From a virus (Duplodnaviria > Caudoviricetes), in the IMG/VR virus record IMGVR_UViG_2934470325_000001, positions 32,001-96,000 of that record: DNA of 64,000 nucleotides; one strand, given 5' to 3'. How positions within the stretch are numbered: position 1 is the stretch's first letter; the number at the start of each line of letters is the position of its first letter. The position numbers and the translations under genes were made by a program. The notes beneath the pieces were generated by a model. That model was given only the letters and a program-made list of their open reading frames with translations. It was not told where the DNA came from and did not search any database. Below are positions 26,562 to 35,782 of this stretch, piece by piece.

Positions 26562-27218
26562 CTACAGGTACGAGTCGCCCCAGCTGACAGGCTCGGGGAA
26601 CGCGTACAGCGGCAGCAATGCCTGACCGGGCGCGGTGCCGCCGTCCTGTTCCTCGTCGGCCGCCTGCTCCCGCAGCATCTTCGCCAACGCCCTCAGTTCG
26701 GCGGCAACGGCAGCGCCGTTCGTCGTCAAGTCTTGCGTGCTGATGACCTTGGATATCAACACCTCTGACCCGGCGATGATCTCCAACGCGGCGGCTGCAC
26801 CCCGCTTGACGCTGCCGCCCTCTGCCGTGATCAGTGCGGCAAGCTGGGCGTCCTCGAAAAGCGGGGCTGCCTCGTCGAGGTCGGAGATTCGCAGTCGCAC
26901 CATGCCAACAGGGGTGGCCGGGTCAACGGCGATGGGCGGGAGGCCAACCAAGTCGCGGGCGGCCACGAACTTGCCTTGCACCGCATCTTCGGCGGTGCCG
27001 GTCGCGGTGAGGCTGTACGTGTGGGTGCCGGCGGCTGCAACCTGGTAGACGGCCCGGTAGGTGCTGCCGTCAGCGGTGACCGTCATGGCAGCGGTCGTGC
27101 CGTCGGGGCGGGTCACGTCGCCCGCCACGGTCGCGCCCGTCACCGGGTCGCCGTCGACACCGCGCAGTGCCCATTCGGCGACGAACTGCTGCCCCTGCCA
27201 GTAGACGCGTGCGCTCAC
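26562..27218 (-). CDS. Head-to-tail adaptor with extra N-terminal Ig-like beta domain
   Basis: C-half TPVGMVRLRISD..LFEDAQL...AAAALEIIA..KVISTQDLTTNGAAVA; N-half beta-rich (VTRPDGT..TYRAVY..AGTHTY). Confidence 0.75.
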   Translation of the reverse strand: MSARVYWQGQQFVAEWALRGVDGDPVTGATVAGDVTRPDGTTAAMTVTADGSTYRAVYQVAAAGTHTYSLTATGTAEDAVQGKFVAARDLVGLPPIAVDPATPVGMVRLRISDLDEAAPLFEDAQLAALITAEGGSVKRGAAAALEIIAGSEVLISKVISTQDLTTNGAAVAAELRALAKMLREQAADEEQDGGTAPGQALLPLYAFPEPVSWGDSYL

Positions 27219-28549
27219 AGCAGGGTCACCTCCGACCGTTGAGGCGTGGAGACTGTGCTGCCAGCGGGGATACGAACCTCACCCCGGGCGGGCGGTGGGA
27301 GCGCGACGTCTGCAACCGACCATCCGGTGCTGGTAGCCCCGTCCACCGTGGCTGCTGTTGACCAGACTGCGGTCAGGGATCCGCCTGCGGGTGCGGTGAC
27401 CGACCAGCCGGTGGTGATCACACCCGACGTGAGGGCGGCAACATCCCACACGGTGGCGCTGCTACCAGTGGCCGTTGACCGCACCGACCAGGAGGTGCCC
27501 GCGTTGCCGCTGGCTGTGGCCGAGGTATCCCAGCCGGTGGAGACGCTGCCTGCCGCCGCAGCTAAAGCCGACCACGCGGTGCTGACGCTGCCGCCCGTCG
27601 GACTGGCCGTCGCCCAGCCTGTTGCCGTGCTGCCTGACACCTGCGCGGCCACATCCCACGAGGTGTTGACCGCGCCGCCGGCCGCAGCGTCAACCGCCCA
27701 GTCGGTGGCGACCGCACCCGACGCGGTGGATGCCACAGACCAGCCGGCTGCTGTCGACCCGGACGCCGTTGACGTGACCGACCATGCCGTGGCCGCCGCG
27801 CCGGACAGCGGGGAAGCCACCGACCACGTTGTACTTGCGCCACCCGTGACCGGAGCCGACACCGACCATGCGGTTCCAACCGTCCCCGACACCGGCGTGG
27901 TAGTCGCAGTCGGGGCAACCTCCACCAGCAGACCGATCATGGAGCTGCTGACATCGGAGGTGACAGTCTCCCCGCCGTAACTGCCCGTCGACCCGACCAG
28001 TACGTACCCGGCTGCCGCACGCACGTTCGCGTTCGTCGTCGCCCGAGACGTGCTGTGGTCGACGACCTCCGTGTAGGAGCCGTCGAGGTTGATGTTGGTG
28101 GGGATGGTGCCGGACCCGACGCGGCTGTGCGCGTCCACCAGCAGCGCCGCCCCGGCCGTCACCCCTGTCAAGGTGGGCAGGGTGACCGTCGTGCCGGTCG
28201 CGTTGGCGGCGGCGGCCTGCGCGATGCTGTCCGCCCCGCGCACCACCAGCAGTTCCCAACCGCCCGTCACGCTGCCGGAGTTCGTGATTGTCGGCGCGGT
28301 GTCCCCGGATTGCAGAACCCGATGCCAGGCGTACACCCGGGATGCGGACCCATCCGCGTACGGCCACGTCACCCCGGGCAGCAACGTCCACCCGGCAGGC
28401 GTCGACATGGTGAGGGATCCGCCGGACACGTGCCCGACGAGTAGGCCGATGTCGCCGGCCGCCCATCCGACAGGAAAGGTGGTGACAAAGCTGGTCGCGG
28501 TCGCCGAGCCAGGGTTGCCGGAGGCGACACCCACGTAGGAGACCGCCAC
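27215..28549 (-). CDS. Virion fibre-like protein with 14 x 14-aa Trp repeats
   Basis: Beta-sandwich-like N-half (TPAGWTLL); C-half xxGxxxTxWxVxxx repeats. Confidence 0.75.
   Translation of the reverse strand: MAVSYVGVASGNPGSATATSFVTTFPVGWAAGDIGLLVGHVSGGSLTMSTPAGWTLLPGVTWPYADGSASRVYAWHRVLQSGDTAPTITNSGSVTGGWELLVVRGADSIAQAAAANATGTTVTLPTLTGVTAGAALLVDAHSRVGSGTIPTNINLDGSYTEVVDHSTSRATTNANVRAAAGYVLVGSTGSYGGETVTSDVSSSMIGLLVEVAPTATTTPVSGTVGTAWSVSAPVTGGASTTWSVASPLSGAAATAWSVTSTASGSTAAGWSVASTASGAVATDWAVDAAAGGAVNTSWDVAAQVSGSTATGWATASPTGGSVSTAWSALAAAAGSVSTGWDTSATASGNAGTSWSVRSTATGSSATVWDVAALTSGVITTGWSVTAPAGGSLTAVWSTAATVDGATSTGWSVADVALPPPARGEVRIPAGSTVSTPQRSEVTLL
27305..27892 (-). repeat. 42-bp-period degenerate coding repeat (14 units)
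   Basis: VSGTVGTAWSVSAP, VTGGASTTWSVASP, LSGAAATAWSVTST ... VDGATSTGWSVADV; invariant Trp every 14 aa. Confidence 0.9.
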
Positions 28550-28565
28550 TGCGACCTCCTGCCCG

Positions 28566-29492
28566 TCAGCGCATCAGGTCGACGAACGCAGCCCGCTCGC
28601 GGTCCCGCACGTACGTCCGCCCGTCGGGGTAGGTCAGGGTCGCGTCGAGGTGGCAGTTGCCCCGGTAAAACCACGCGACGTACGGCACATCACCCTGCGC
28701 CCGCAGGTACGCCATGTTGTCCCGCATCGCCTGCGCGCAGACCGCCCCGTCAGGGTCGTAAGCAGCGCCGGACTTGAGCGCCGGTTTCCGCTGAATACCC
28801 CACTCGGGAACCACTAGCGGCTTGCTGACCTGGCGGGCCACAGACAGGGCGAAGTCGTTCCGCTCGACCGGGCTGCGATACCGCTCGTATCCGGTGTCGT
28901 AGATGTCGAACCCGACGGCGTCCACCCCAGCGAGCGCTGCCACCTGCCCGAAGTCCTGCCACCATGCGTTGTTGCGGCGCGCGGCGTACTCGGTGAACAC
29001 GGGCACCAACCACACCTCACGCCGTCGCGGATGGTCAGCGAGCGCTTCGATCAGCTCCTTCCATCCCTGCCGGTACTCGGCGGGGGTTGGGTCGCCAGAT
29101 TCCTGCTGCTCAGGCTCGTGGTCAAGGGTCAGCAGGTCCACCACGCCGCGTCGTACCACCGGCCGCGTCGACAACCAGTCCCGGATCAGCGCCGGGGAGG
29201 TGGCGCGAGACCAGTCCTTGAACGAGTAGTGCAGCACCGTGTCCGCTGGCACCTGGGCGAGCATCCCCGACGACCACGGCGCGACGCCCTTTCCCGGTGC
29301 ACTGTAGAGCCGCATCAGTCGGGGTTGCGGGTAGCGGGCCGCCATGCGCTGAATGTCTGTCACAGTGCTGTCCGGCGGGCACCAGCCGAGCAGGGTCGGC
29401 CGGTCCTGCACGGTAACCGTCGTCGCCGTGACGGTCGTGTGGCCGGCGGCGTCACGTACCCGCCCGGTCAACACGACCGTGCGGGCAGCCAT
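28566..29492 (-). CDS. Clan GH-A (GH26-like) glycoside hydrolase in the virion gene block
   Basis: DHEPE acid/base, DAVGFDIY, KPLVVPEWG nucleophile, YVAWF; ATG 29492 coupled to upstream stop. Confidence 0.7.
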   Translation of the reverse strand: MAARTVVLTGRVRDAAGHTTVTATTVTVQDRPTLLGWCPPDSTVTDIQRMAARYPQPRLMRLYSAPGKGVAPWSSGMLAQVPADTVLHYSFKDWSRATSPALIRDWLSTRPVVRRGVVDLLTLDHEPEQQESGDPTPAEYRQGWKELIEALADHPRRREVWLVPVFTEYAARRNNAWWQDFGQVAALAGVDAVGFDIYDTGYERYRSPVERNDFALSVARQVSKPLVVPEWGIQRKPALKSGAAYDPDGAVCAQAMRDNMAYLRAQGDVPYVAWFYRGNCHLDATLTYPDGRTYVRDRERAAFVDLMR

Positions 29493-29764
29493 CAGGCGAC
29501 CGAGACTGTGAACCGGCCGGGGGCCGACGGGTCCGCGACGATCGTCACGCCCGGGTCGTTTGCGGTCAGCTCGTAGGTGAGCGGATCCCCGACCGTGACC
29601 GTGGTCGTAGCGGATGCGGTGACACCGTTGGCGTCGGTGACACTGCCGGACAGGGTGATGGTGCGGGCGTCCGGGTCGAACGCGTCGATCCACACCTGCA
29701 CGGCCTGTCCGGGCTGCACCGTGTCCAGGGAAGCAGAGATGGAGCGGATGATCGGGGCGGCCAT
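29492..29764 (-). CDS. Small all-beta (Ig-like) virion protein
   Basis: AGGAA RBS, ATG 29764; Thr/Val-rich strands. Confidence 0.75.
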   Translation of the reverse strand: MAAPIIRSISASLDTVQPGQAVQVWIDAFDPDARTITLSGSVTDANGVTASATTTVTVGDPLTYELTANDPGVTIVADPSAPGRFTVSVA

Positions 29765-29784
29765 GCGGGTTCCTATCTGAATCA

Positions 29785-30321
29785 TCAGAGGGTGTCGCCG
29801 AGCCACGCGAACGTCGCGCCGTCGGCGGCGAGAGCGGCGGTGTTGGCGGCGGTGCGCCGCACCCAGAACGCCTTCACCTGTCCGGGGCCGATGTCGCCGA
29901 GACTGAGCGCGGCCCCGCTCGTGGTCGGGGTGGAGAACGTGACCCCAGCGGGGGCGGTCGTGTCGTTGGCGATCTGCACCGCCTGAGCCGACGACGACCC
30001 GACAGCGGACGCGGCGGTCGGATCCACGCCGATCGCCACCGACGCACCACCCGACACCTCGGCGGAGATGTACACCTTCGCTGACTGGAGCGTCAGGCTG
30101 CCATGAGTGTTGTGCACGAACACGCAGGCGTAGTCGACCTGCGATACAGCGTTCTCCGCACCCGTGATGTTGGGGAACAACCCGTTGGTGCTGCCGTCGG
30201 CGACGACGGTCATCGACACGTACTTACCGAGCGACGCCCCCACAACCCCGGCGGTGGTGTTACCCGCAGAACCCGAGACGACGGACAGTTTGAACACAAT
30301 GTCGGACGCGACGATCGCCAC
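29785..30321 (-). CDS. Virion-associated beta-rich protein
   Basis: AGGAGG RBS; LFPNITGAEN..DYACVFVHN..LGDIGPGQVKAFWVRR. Confidence 0.75.
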   Translation of the reverse strand: MAIVASDIVFKLSVVSGSAGNTTAGVVGASLGKYVSMTVVADGSTNGLFPNITGAENAVSQVDYACVFVHNTHGSLTLQSAKVYISAEVSGGASVAIGVDPTAASAVGSSSAQAVQIANDTTAPAGVTFSTPTTSGAALSLGDIGPGQVKAFWVRRTAANTAALAADGATFAWLGDTL

Positions 30322-30381
30322 GACACACCTCCTACGGGCGGGTTGCGATCACGAGAACCTGCGCTGCGTGTGACTGCTGGA

Positions 30382-30417
30382 CACCCCGGCCGCCCGGGGA
30401 GATGGGCGGCCGGGGTG
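30382..30417 (-). terminator. Hairpin after capsid operon
   Basis: CACCCCGGCCGCCC / GGGCGGCCGGGGTG. Confidence 0.75.
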
Positions 30418-30425
30418 AACGGGGG

Positions 30426-30923
30426 CTACTGCTGCCGCTGCTGGGCGAGCTTGACCAGGTCGGCCTTGTCCTGCTTGGCGAGGTCGTCGTAGTTGCCGCC
30501 CTGCGCGACATGCCACTCCACCCACACCGGCTGGCCGGCGTTCGGGTGCGGCGCGGACCCGTCCTTGGGCAGCTTCGCCTGCGCGGCGGCCCTCTTGGTG
30601 TCAGTCGAGTCAGCGCCGGACTGGTCACCGGTGGGCTGCTCACCCGACGAGTAGGTGGAGGTGAGCACGCCGTCGCTGTCGCGGCGCGGCGCGTCGCCGT
30701 CGAGGTCGTCCGCCTCCGTCGCGGTGAGTCCGTCGGCGTTCACCCCGCCCGTCTCGCCCCCGCCCACCTTGACGACGAGGCCGGAGTCGAGCAGGTGCTT
30801 CAGTTCGGGGGCGTTGCCCGGGACGAGCGCGCCCTTGTACATCAGGACGCGGGTGCGGCCGGACGGGGTGTCGGTGGACACGTAGGCGCATTCGCCAACG
30901 ATCTGGTAGGTCGTGTCACTCAT
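30426..30923 (-). CDS. Hypothetical protein after capsid with small C-terminal helix-extension-helix-like module
   Basis: AGGA RBS; acidic linker; WVEWHVAQG..DLAKQDKADLVKL. Confidence 0.7.
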   Translation of the reverse strand: MSDTTYQIVGECAYVSTDTPSGRTRVLMYKGALVPGNAPELKHLLDSGLVVKVGGGETGGVNADGLTATEADDLDGDAPRRDSDGVLTSTYSSGEQPTGDQSGADSTDTKRAAAQAKLPKDGSAPHPNAGQPVWVEWHVAQGGNYDDLAKQDKADLVKLAQQRQQ

Positions 30924-30938
30924 CGGTCATCCGTCCTG

Positions 30939-31874
30939 TCAGCCCAGCGCGCCAGTGCCGGTGATCTTGATGGCGGCACCCGGCTCCTGGATGACCGGCA
31001 CCGTGATGCGGCGGGCCCAGATGTCCCAGGCGTCCCGCTCGTCGATCCGCTTCGTCTTGTACTGGAGCCCGTTGTCGAGGGTCGCGTAGCCCGGGTCCAC
31101 GTCGGTCTCGTCGGCCATGCCGCCCAGCTCGTCCCGGTCGAACACCCACACATCGTCCGACGGGAGGTTCGCCACGGCGGTGGCGATGATCTCGTACTTG
31201 CCGAGACGGTCGATCTCGCCGCCGTAGATCGGGTTGTCGGAGGTTTCCCGACGCCGCAGCGCCGCGATCGCCGGATCGGTCACCAGCATCGCGTACTTGG
31301 TGGTGGACATGAGCACCGCGTTCGGGTTGTAGCCCTGGTTCAGGTCGACGATCTTCGCCGCCGCGACCTCCACGTCGCGGAACAGGGCCGGCGACGCGGC
31401 GTTCCACGCGGCAGCCGCCGCCGACGTGTTGGTGACCGCCGACGCCATCGCCGCCGTCGACAGCTTGTCGACCTTCGAGATGACCGTGTTCGCGGTCTTC
31501 CGCAGCGCCCGGTTCACCTCCTGGCCCATGTACACGCTGCGCTTCAGCTTCTCGTCGGTGAGTTGGACCGCCTGACCCCACTTGCTGACGGCAGCCAGCG
31601 CGGCGGTGCCCTCGGCGGGCGTGTCACGCGGGTACTCGGAGCCGGGGGCCACCGACTCGATGGCCCGGCTGTTCATGATCGGCTCGGACATCTCGTAGGC
31701 GACCGCGCCGCCCTGGGTGCGGATGCGGTTGGTGAGGATCCGGTCCGCGACGAACCGCAGTTCGTCGATGGTGCGCAGCCGACGCTGAAGGCGGGTCGGG
31801 TCCTGGAGGAGACGGTGGATGGTGAGCAGGTCGCCGGCCAGCGTGGGGGCGGCCGGAGGGTAAGCGCCCGGCAT
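30939..31874 (-). CDS. Major capsid protein
   Basis: 311 aa; ESVAPGSEYP, KWGQAV, GYNPNAVLM, PVIQEPGAAIKITG; GGAAGGA RBS; synteny. Confidence 0.88.
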   Translation of the reverse strand: MPGAYPPAAPTLAGDLLTIHRLLQDPTRLQRRLRTIDELRFVADRILTNRIRTQGGAVAYEMSEPIMNSRAIESVAPGSEYPRDTPAEGTAALAAVSKWGQAVQLTDEKLKRSVYMGQEVNRALRKTANTVISKVDKLSTAAMASAVTNTSAAAAAWNAASPALFRDVEVAAAKIVDLNQGYNPNAVLMSTTKYAMLVTDPAIAALRRRETSDNPIYGGEIDRLGKYEIIATAVANLPSDDVWVFDRDELGGMADETDVDPGYATLDNGLQYKTKRIDERDAWDIWARRITVPVIQEPGAAIKITGTGALG

Positions 31875-32013
31875 TCGGGGGTTCCTTCCATGGTTGCCCG
31901 GCTGGCGGGCACGACGAAGAGGCCCGGCACGCGGGTGCGCGTGGGGCCGTAGGTGTGTGCGGGTGTTCCGGTGGTGCCCGCCGCCGGTCAGGTCGGCGGG
32001 CTACCGGGGCGGG

Positions 32014-32373
32014 TCAGATTTCCATCCACTCCACGGCCGCGCCGTCGGCGGCGGTGGTCAGGGCGATCCCGACGTTCGTGACGGCGGCAGTACCGGACGC
32101 GACAGTCCCGGCGGCACCGGAGTCGACGCGGGCGGCGGCGGTGATCGCGCCCGAGGCGGTGGACACGTGGACCTTGCCGCGCGGGAAGTAGGACACGCGG
32201 GCCCCGGACGCGGCGTCGAACGCCGCGACACCGACGACAGCAGCCGACGCGGCACCAGCCGGGCCGACGGTGCCGTTGCCGGCCACGGCGAGCACCTGCC
32301 CGCCGGTGATCGCCGTGGCGGCCGTGCCGGTGATCTGGTCGCCGTACAGGAACTTCGGCTCGTAGGCACCCAT
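32014..32373 (-). CDS. Capsid decoration/cement protein (DUF2190-like)
   Basis: VVGVAAFDAASG, ASGAITAAARV, VGIALTTAADG motifs. Confidence 0.8.
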   Translation of the reverse strand: MGAYEPKFLYGDQITGTAATAITGGQVLAVAGNGTVGPAGAASAAVVGVAAFDAASGARVSYFPRGKVHVSTASGAITAAARVDSGAAGTVASGTAAVTNVGIALTTAADGAAVEWMEI

Positions 32374-32375
32374 GG

Positions 32376-33692
32376 TCAGTTACCCCCGGTCGTGGCGGTC
32401 GGGCCGTCGAGGGCGGCCATCTGGCGCTCCCACTCGGCGTCCAGGTCGACGGTGGTGTCCGCACTGCCCGTGTAGCCGGACACGCCGGTCGGAACGGCGG
32501 TGCCGTCGGCGATCGAGTTGAGGACGTCGGCGATCACGTCGGGGGCCTTGTCGTACCGGGTCTCCCACGACTTCCGGTCAGCCGGCTTGATCTTCCCGGC
32601 CTTGACGGCGGCGTCGAGGATCGCGTTCTTCTTGTTCGCGGCCTCCCGGGACCGGATCTCGGCGAGTTCCGCCGACACGCGGGCCAGCTCGGCGGCGAAC
32701 GGGTTGTCCGCCGGGGCGGCCGGCGTCTGCGGCGCGGCCGGGGCCGGGTTCGGCTGGGGGGTGGGCGACGGGACGGGGTTCGGCTCGGGGGCCGGCTCCT
32801 GCGTGGTCTCGTCGGGGTCGGGGTTCGGCTCATCGGACGGCAGACGCTCGTCGAGGGCCGCCAGGATGGCAGTCTCGTCGGCGGTGTCGTCCAGGCCGAG
32901 CCGGGAGCGGATCGCGCTCAGGTCGGACACAGGGTCCCCCTTCGGTTCGGGATTGGTTGCTTCCGGCTCGGCGGCCGGGAGTTCATCGGCGGTCGGCGTC
33001 TCGGTGACAGCAGCGACCGGGCGTGGCAGCCGGGGCGGGGGTGCGGCATCCCGACCGGCATAGTTGAAGATCGACAGATCCCAGCCGTTGCGGGCCGGCT
33101 CGGCGGGCTGCTTGTCGGTGTCCTGCTGCACCTCGTGCATCAGGCCGGCGGCGACCGCCTCAGCGGGGGAGTACCACGTTTCGGCGCGCATCGCGGCACG
33201 CCACTCGTCGACCTCACCCCCGGCGCGGGTGGCGTAGATGGAGGCGATGTTCGCCGACACGCGGTCGAGTTCGTCGACCATCTTGCCCATGTCGGCGGCG
33301 TTGCCGATGCACATCCCCCACGCCTCGTGGATCATCACCATGCCGTGGGGGGCGATGACCCGCTTGTCCCCGGCGAGGGCGATGAACGACGCCGACGACG
33401 CAGCCAGCGAATCCACGTACGTGGTGATGGACGCCTTGTGGTTCCGCAGCGCCTGGAAGATGGCGACGGCATCGAACACGTCTCCACCAGGGCTGCTGAT
33501 GTGCACGTCGAGCCGGTCTGCGGTGATGGCGTTCACGTCGCGGATGAAGTCTTGGGCGCTGACCCCGAACCAGCCGATCTCGTCGTAGATCCACACTTCG
33601 GCGGCCCCCGTGGAGGCCAAGTTGTTGATCCGGTACCAGTCGCGGCGCGACCCATCAGCGCGAGCCAACGGCCGCGCGGTTCTCGGCTTCAC
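32376..33692 (-). CDS. ClpP-type head maturation protease fused to scaffold domain
   Basis: IYDEIGWFG, HISSPGGDVF, DSLAASSAS (Ser), MIHEAW (His), ETWYSPAEAV; GGAGG RBS before GTG 33692; probable nested start GTG 32930. Confidence 0.9.
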   Translation of the reverse strand: MKPRTARPLARADGSRRDWYRINNLASTGAAEVWIYDEIGWFGVSAQDFIRDVNAITADRLDVHISSPGGDVFDAVAIFQALRNHKASITTYVDSLAASSASFIALAGDKRVIAPHGMVMIHEAWGMCIGNAADMGKMVDELDRVSANIASIYATRAGGEVDEWRAAMRAETWYSPAEAVAAGLMHEVQQDTDKQPAEPARNGWDLSIFNYAGRDAAPPPRLPRPVAAVTETPTADELPAAEPEATNPEPKGDPVSDLSAIRSRLGLDDTADETAILAALDERLPSDEPNPDPDETTQEPAPEPNPVPSPTPQPNPAPAAPQTPAAPADNPFAAELARVSAELAEIRSREAANKKNAILDAAVKAGKIKPADRKSWETRYDKAPDVIADVLNSIADGTAVPTGVSGYTGSADTTVDLDAEWERQMAALDGPTATTGGN

Positions 33693-33697
33693 AGCCG

Positions 33698-35764
33698 CTA
33701 CCTCCAAATCGGGAACACGTAGCCACGGCACCGCAACCCGCCCTCGCAGGCGTGGTAGCCGGCGACCGGGTAGGCGGCCTGCGCTTCGACGACGGTGGTG
33801 AACTCGGTGCCGTCGATGTCGCGGCACGGCCGGCAGGTGTTGGAGTCGAGTTCTTCGACAGCCCTGAACCCGGCAGGGCGCGGATCGGCGGCGTCGAGGG
33901 CGGCGAGCCGGCCCGCGTTCTGCGCTGCCGTCAGCAGGGCACCCACGTTGTCGGCCACCCAACCCCGCCTGGCGGTGGAAAGCCCGTCGAGGTGGGCGCG
34001 TACCGCGTCGGCGACCTGCCTGGGGTCGCTGCTCGGGCCTGCGTGCAGCAGCCCGGCACGTCCCGCCCCGGTCGCATATCCGGCGGCCAGAATGCCGGCC
34101 GTGGCGTGCGCGGCGGCCTCCGCCTGTTCGCGGCCCGCGCCGTCAGGAACATTGAGCGTGACACCCTGCGCGGCGGCCTCCGCTACGACCTGGGCGACCG
34201 CCCCGGCGGCGAGCGTGGAAGCCCACCCGGCCAGGAACACGCCAAGCGCCGCGACCACCGCAGCGGACACGGCCAGGGTGCCGAGCGCCCCCAGGTCGGA
34301 GTCCTCGGCCGCCACCTCAGCCTGCCCCGCCAACTCGTCCACCATCGGCTGCGCCTGCTCCGGCCATTCGGCAAGCACATCGGCGCGCGCCTGCTCCCAC
34401 GCCTCCTGAACAGCGGCCGGGTCAGGTTCCGGATCGGCAGCGTTGAACAGGGAAAGCTGACCGGTGCTCTGCCTGCGCCGAGCCCTGGACCGGGGACGCA
34501 CCGCTGACGGCGGTGGTGTAGCCGACGGCGGACTGGCTGGGGTCGGCGGAGGAGCCTGCTGCGTGCGCTCCGGCAGCCGATACTCGCGGCGCACCCACGC
34601 TTCCAACGCCGGATCCGCCGACAGGGCACCCGACGTCAACAGCAGTTGCAGCGACTCGGCAGTCACCTCACGCCGCGACCCGACGCCAGACACCACCACG
34701 CGGGGCACCGGCTCGGTCTCGCCCCAGTTCCAGTCCACGATTCGGGCGGCGATCTGCCGAGTAGCCGTATCCGCGATGGCTTCACCGATCGACTCCAAGG
34801 CCAGCGTCCAAGAGTCGATGAACGCGGACCCGAGAGCACGCGACCCGGAATCCGTCGACCCGAGGTCCATGTGCTGCATCAGCACACTGCGGCTCATCTC
34901 CTGATTCAGGAACTTGATGAACCCGAGCGTGTCCGGCACCGACCCCGACAGTCCGATGATCTTCGCGGTGAACCCCGGTGGTGTAACCAGCCCGGCTTGG
35001 TCGCCGGCCCGCGCCGCCGACATCATCTGCTGCGCTTCCTGCATCTGCGCAAACGATGGGACGGTGCCGGGCAGCGCCTCAGCCACCGGGACACCCGCAC
35101 CCCAACGCCGGTTCGAGATGGCGTTGACCCGCAACATCTCCCGCTTGATCAACCAAGCGGCGAAGGCAGGACGCAGCAGCGACGTGCCCTGCCACGACGC
35201 GCCCTCCCGGTCGTGGCAGTACCAGACAAGCCGGCTGGCCGGGATCTGCGGCGACTGGTCTCCCCGCATCACCAACTGGTCGATGCCCAGCAGGGCACCG
35301 GTCTTCGGGTCGGCGTGGATCTCAGCGATCGTGCCCGGGATACGTTCCGCGAGCGCGGCCAGCCGGGCACGACCATCCACGATCTCAGCGGCAACCTCGA
35401 AGCCGTAGTGGCCCCACACGAGGCACAACAGCGCCGACCGCAGATGCTCCGACCACGACAAGCCTTGCCTGCGGAACGCCGACGGCGAATCGTCGCCAGC
35501 CACATTCAAGCCCATGCAGTCCGCGACGAACCCGGTCACCTCAGGGCGGCATCCGGTGCCGTCGAGCTGCCACTGCGCCCGCCGCAGTTGGAGCGTGTAC
35601 CCGCCGTAAGCCCCGGAGAGTTGGGGATCACGGCGCATCTGCGCGTACATCTCTACCGATGCCGGATAGACCAGGTCGGGAACTGTCTCGTAGACGTCGT
35701 TGACCAGCGTCCCGTACTGGCGGTCATCGACCACGCCAAGCAGTCGGGTGGGGGGCGACGCCAC
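33698..35764 (-). CDS. Portal protein (DUF935-like) fused to a MuF/minor-capsid-like C-terminal domain
   Basis: After TerL; GTSLLRPAFAAW, GSRALG motifs; C-terminal ELDSNTCRPC..DG..CEGGLRCRG. Confidence 0.85.
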   Translation of the reverse strand: MASPPTRLLGVVDDRQYGTLVNDVYETVPDLVYPASVEMYAQMRRDPQLSGAYGGYTLQLRRAQWQLDGTGCRPEVTGFVADCMGLNVAGDDSPSAFRRQGLSWSEHLRSALLCLVWGHYGFEVAAEIVDGRARLAALAERIPGTIAEIHADPKTGALLGIDQLVMRGDQSPQIPASRLVWYCHDREGASWQGTSLLRPAFAAWLIKREMLRVNAISNRRWGAGVPVAEALPGTVPSFAQMQEAQQMMSAARAGDQAGLVTPPGFTAKIIGLSGSVPDTLGFIKFLNQEMSRSVLMQHMDLGSTDSGSRALGSAFIDSWTLALESIGEAIADTATRQIAARIVDWNWGETEPVPRVVVSGVGSRREVTAESLQLLLTSGALSADPALEAWVRREYRLPERTQQAPPPTPASPPSATPPPSAVRPRSRARRRQSTGQLSLFNAADPEPDPAAVQEAWEQARADVLAEWPEQAQPMVDELAGQAEVAAEDSDLGALGTLAVSAAVVAALGVFLAGWASTLAAGAVAQVVAEAAAQGVTLNVPDGAGREQAEAAAHATAGILAAGYATGAGRAGLLHAGPSSDPRQVADAVRAHLDGLSTARRGWVADNVGALLTAAQNAGRLAALDAADPRPAGFRAVEELDSNTCRPCRDIDGTEFTTVVEAQAAYPVAGYHACEGGLRCRGYVFPIWR

Positions 35765-35782
35765 GGCGACACCCCCGTCCAA

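Noticed and set aside
30402-31952. 516-aa plus-strand ORF
   Set aside because: Antisense shadow of the capsid gene.
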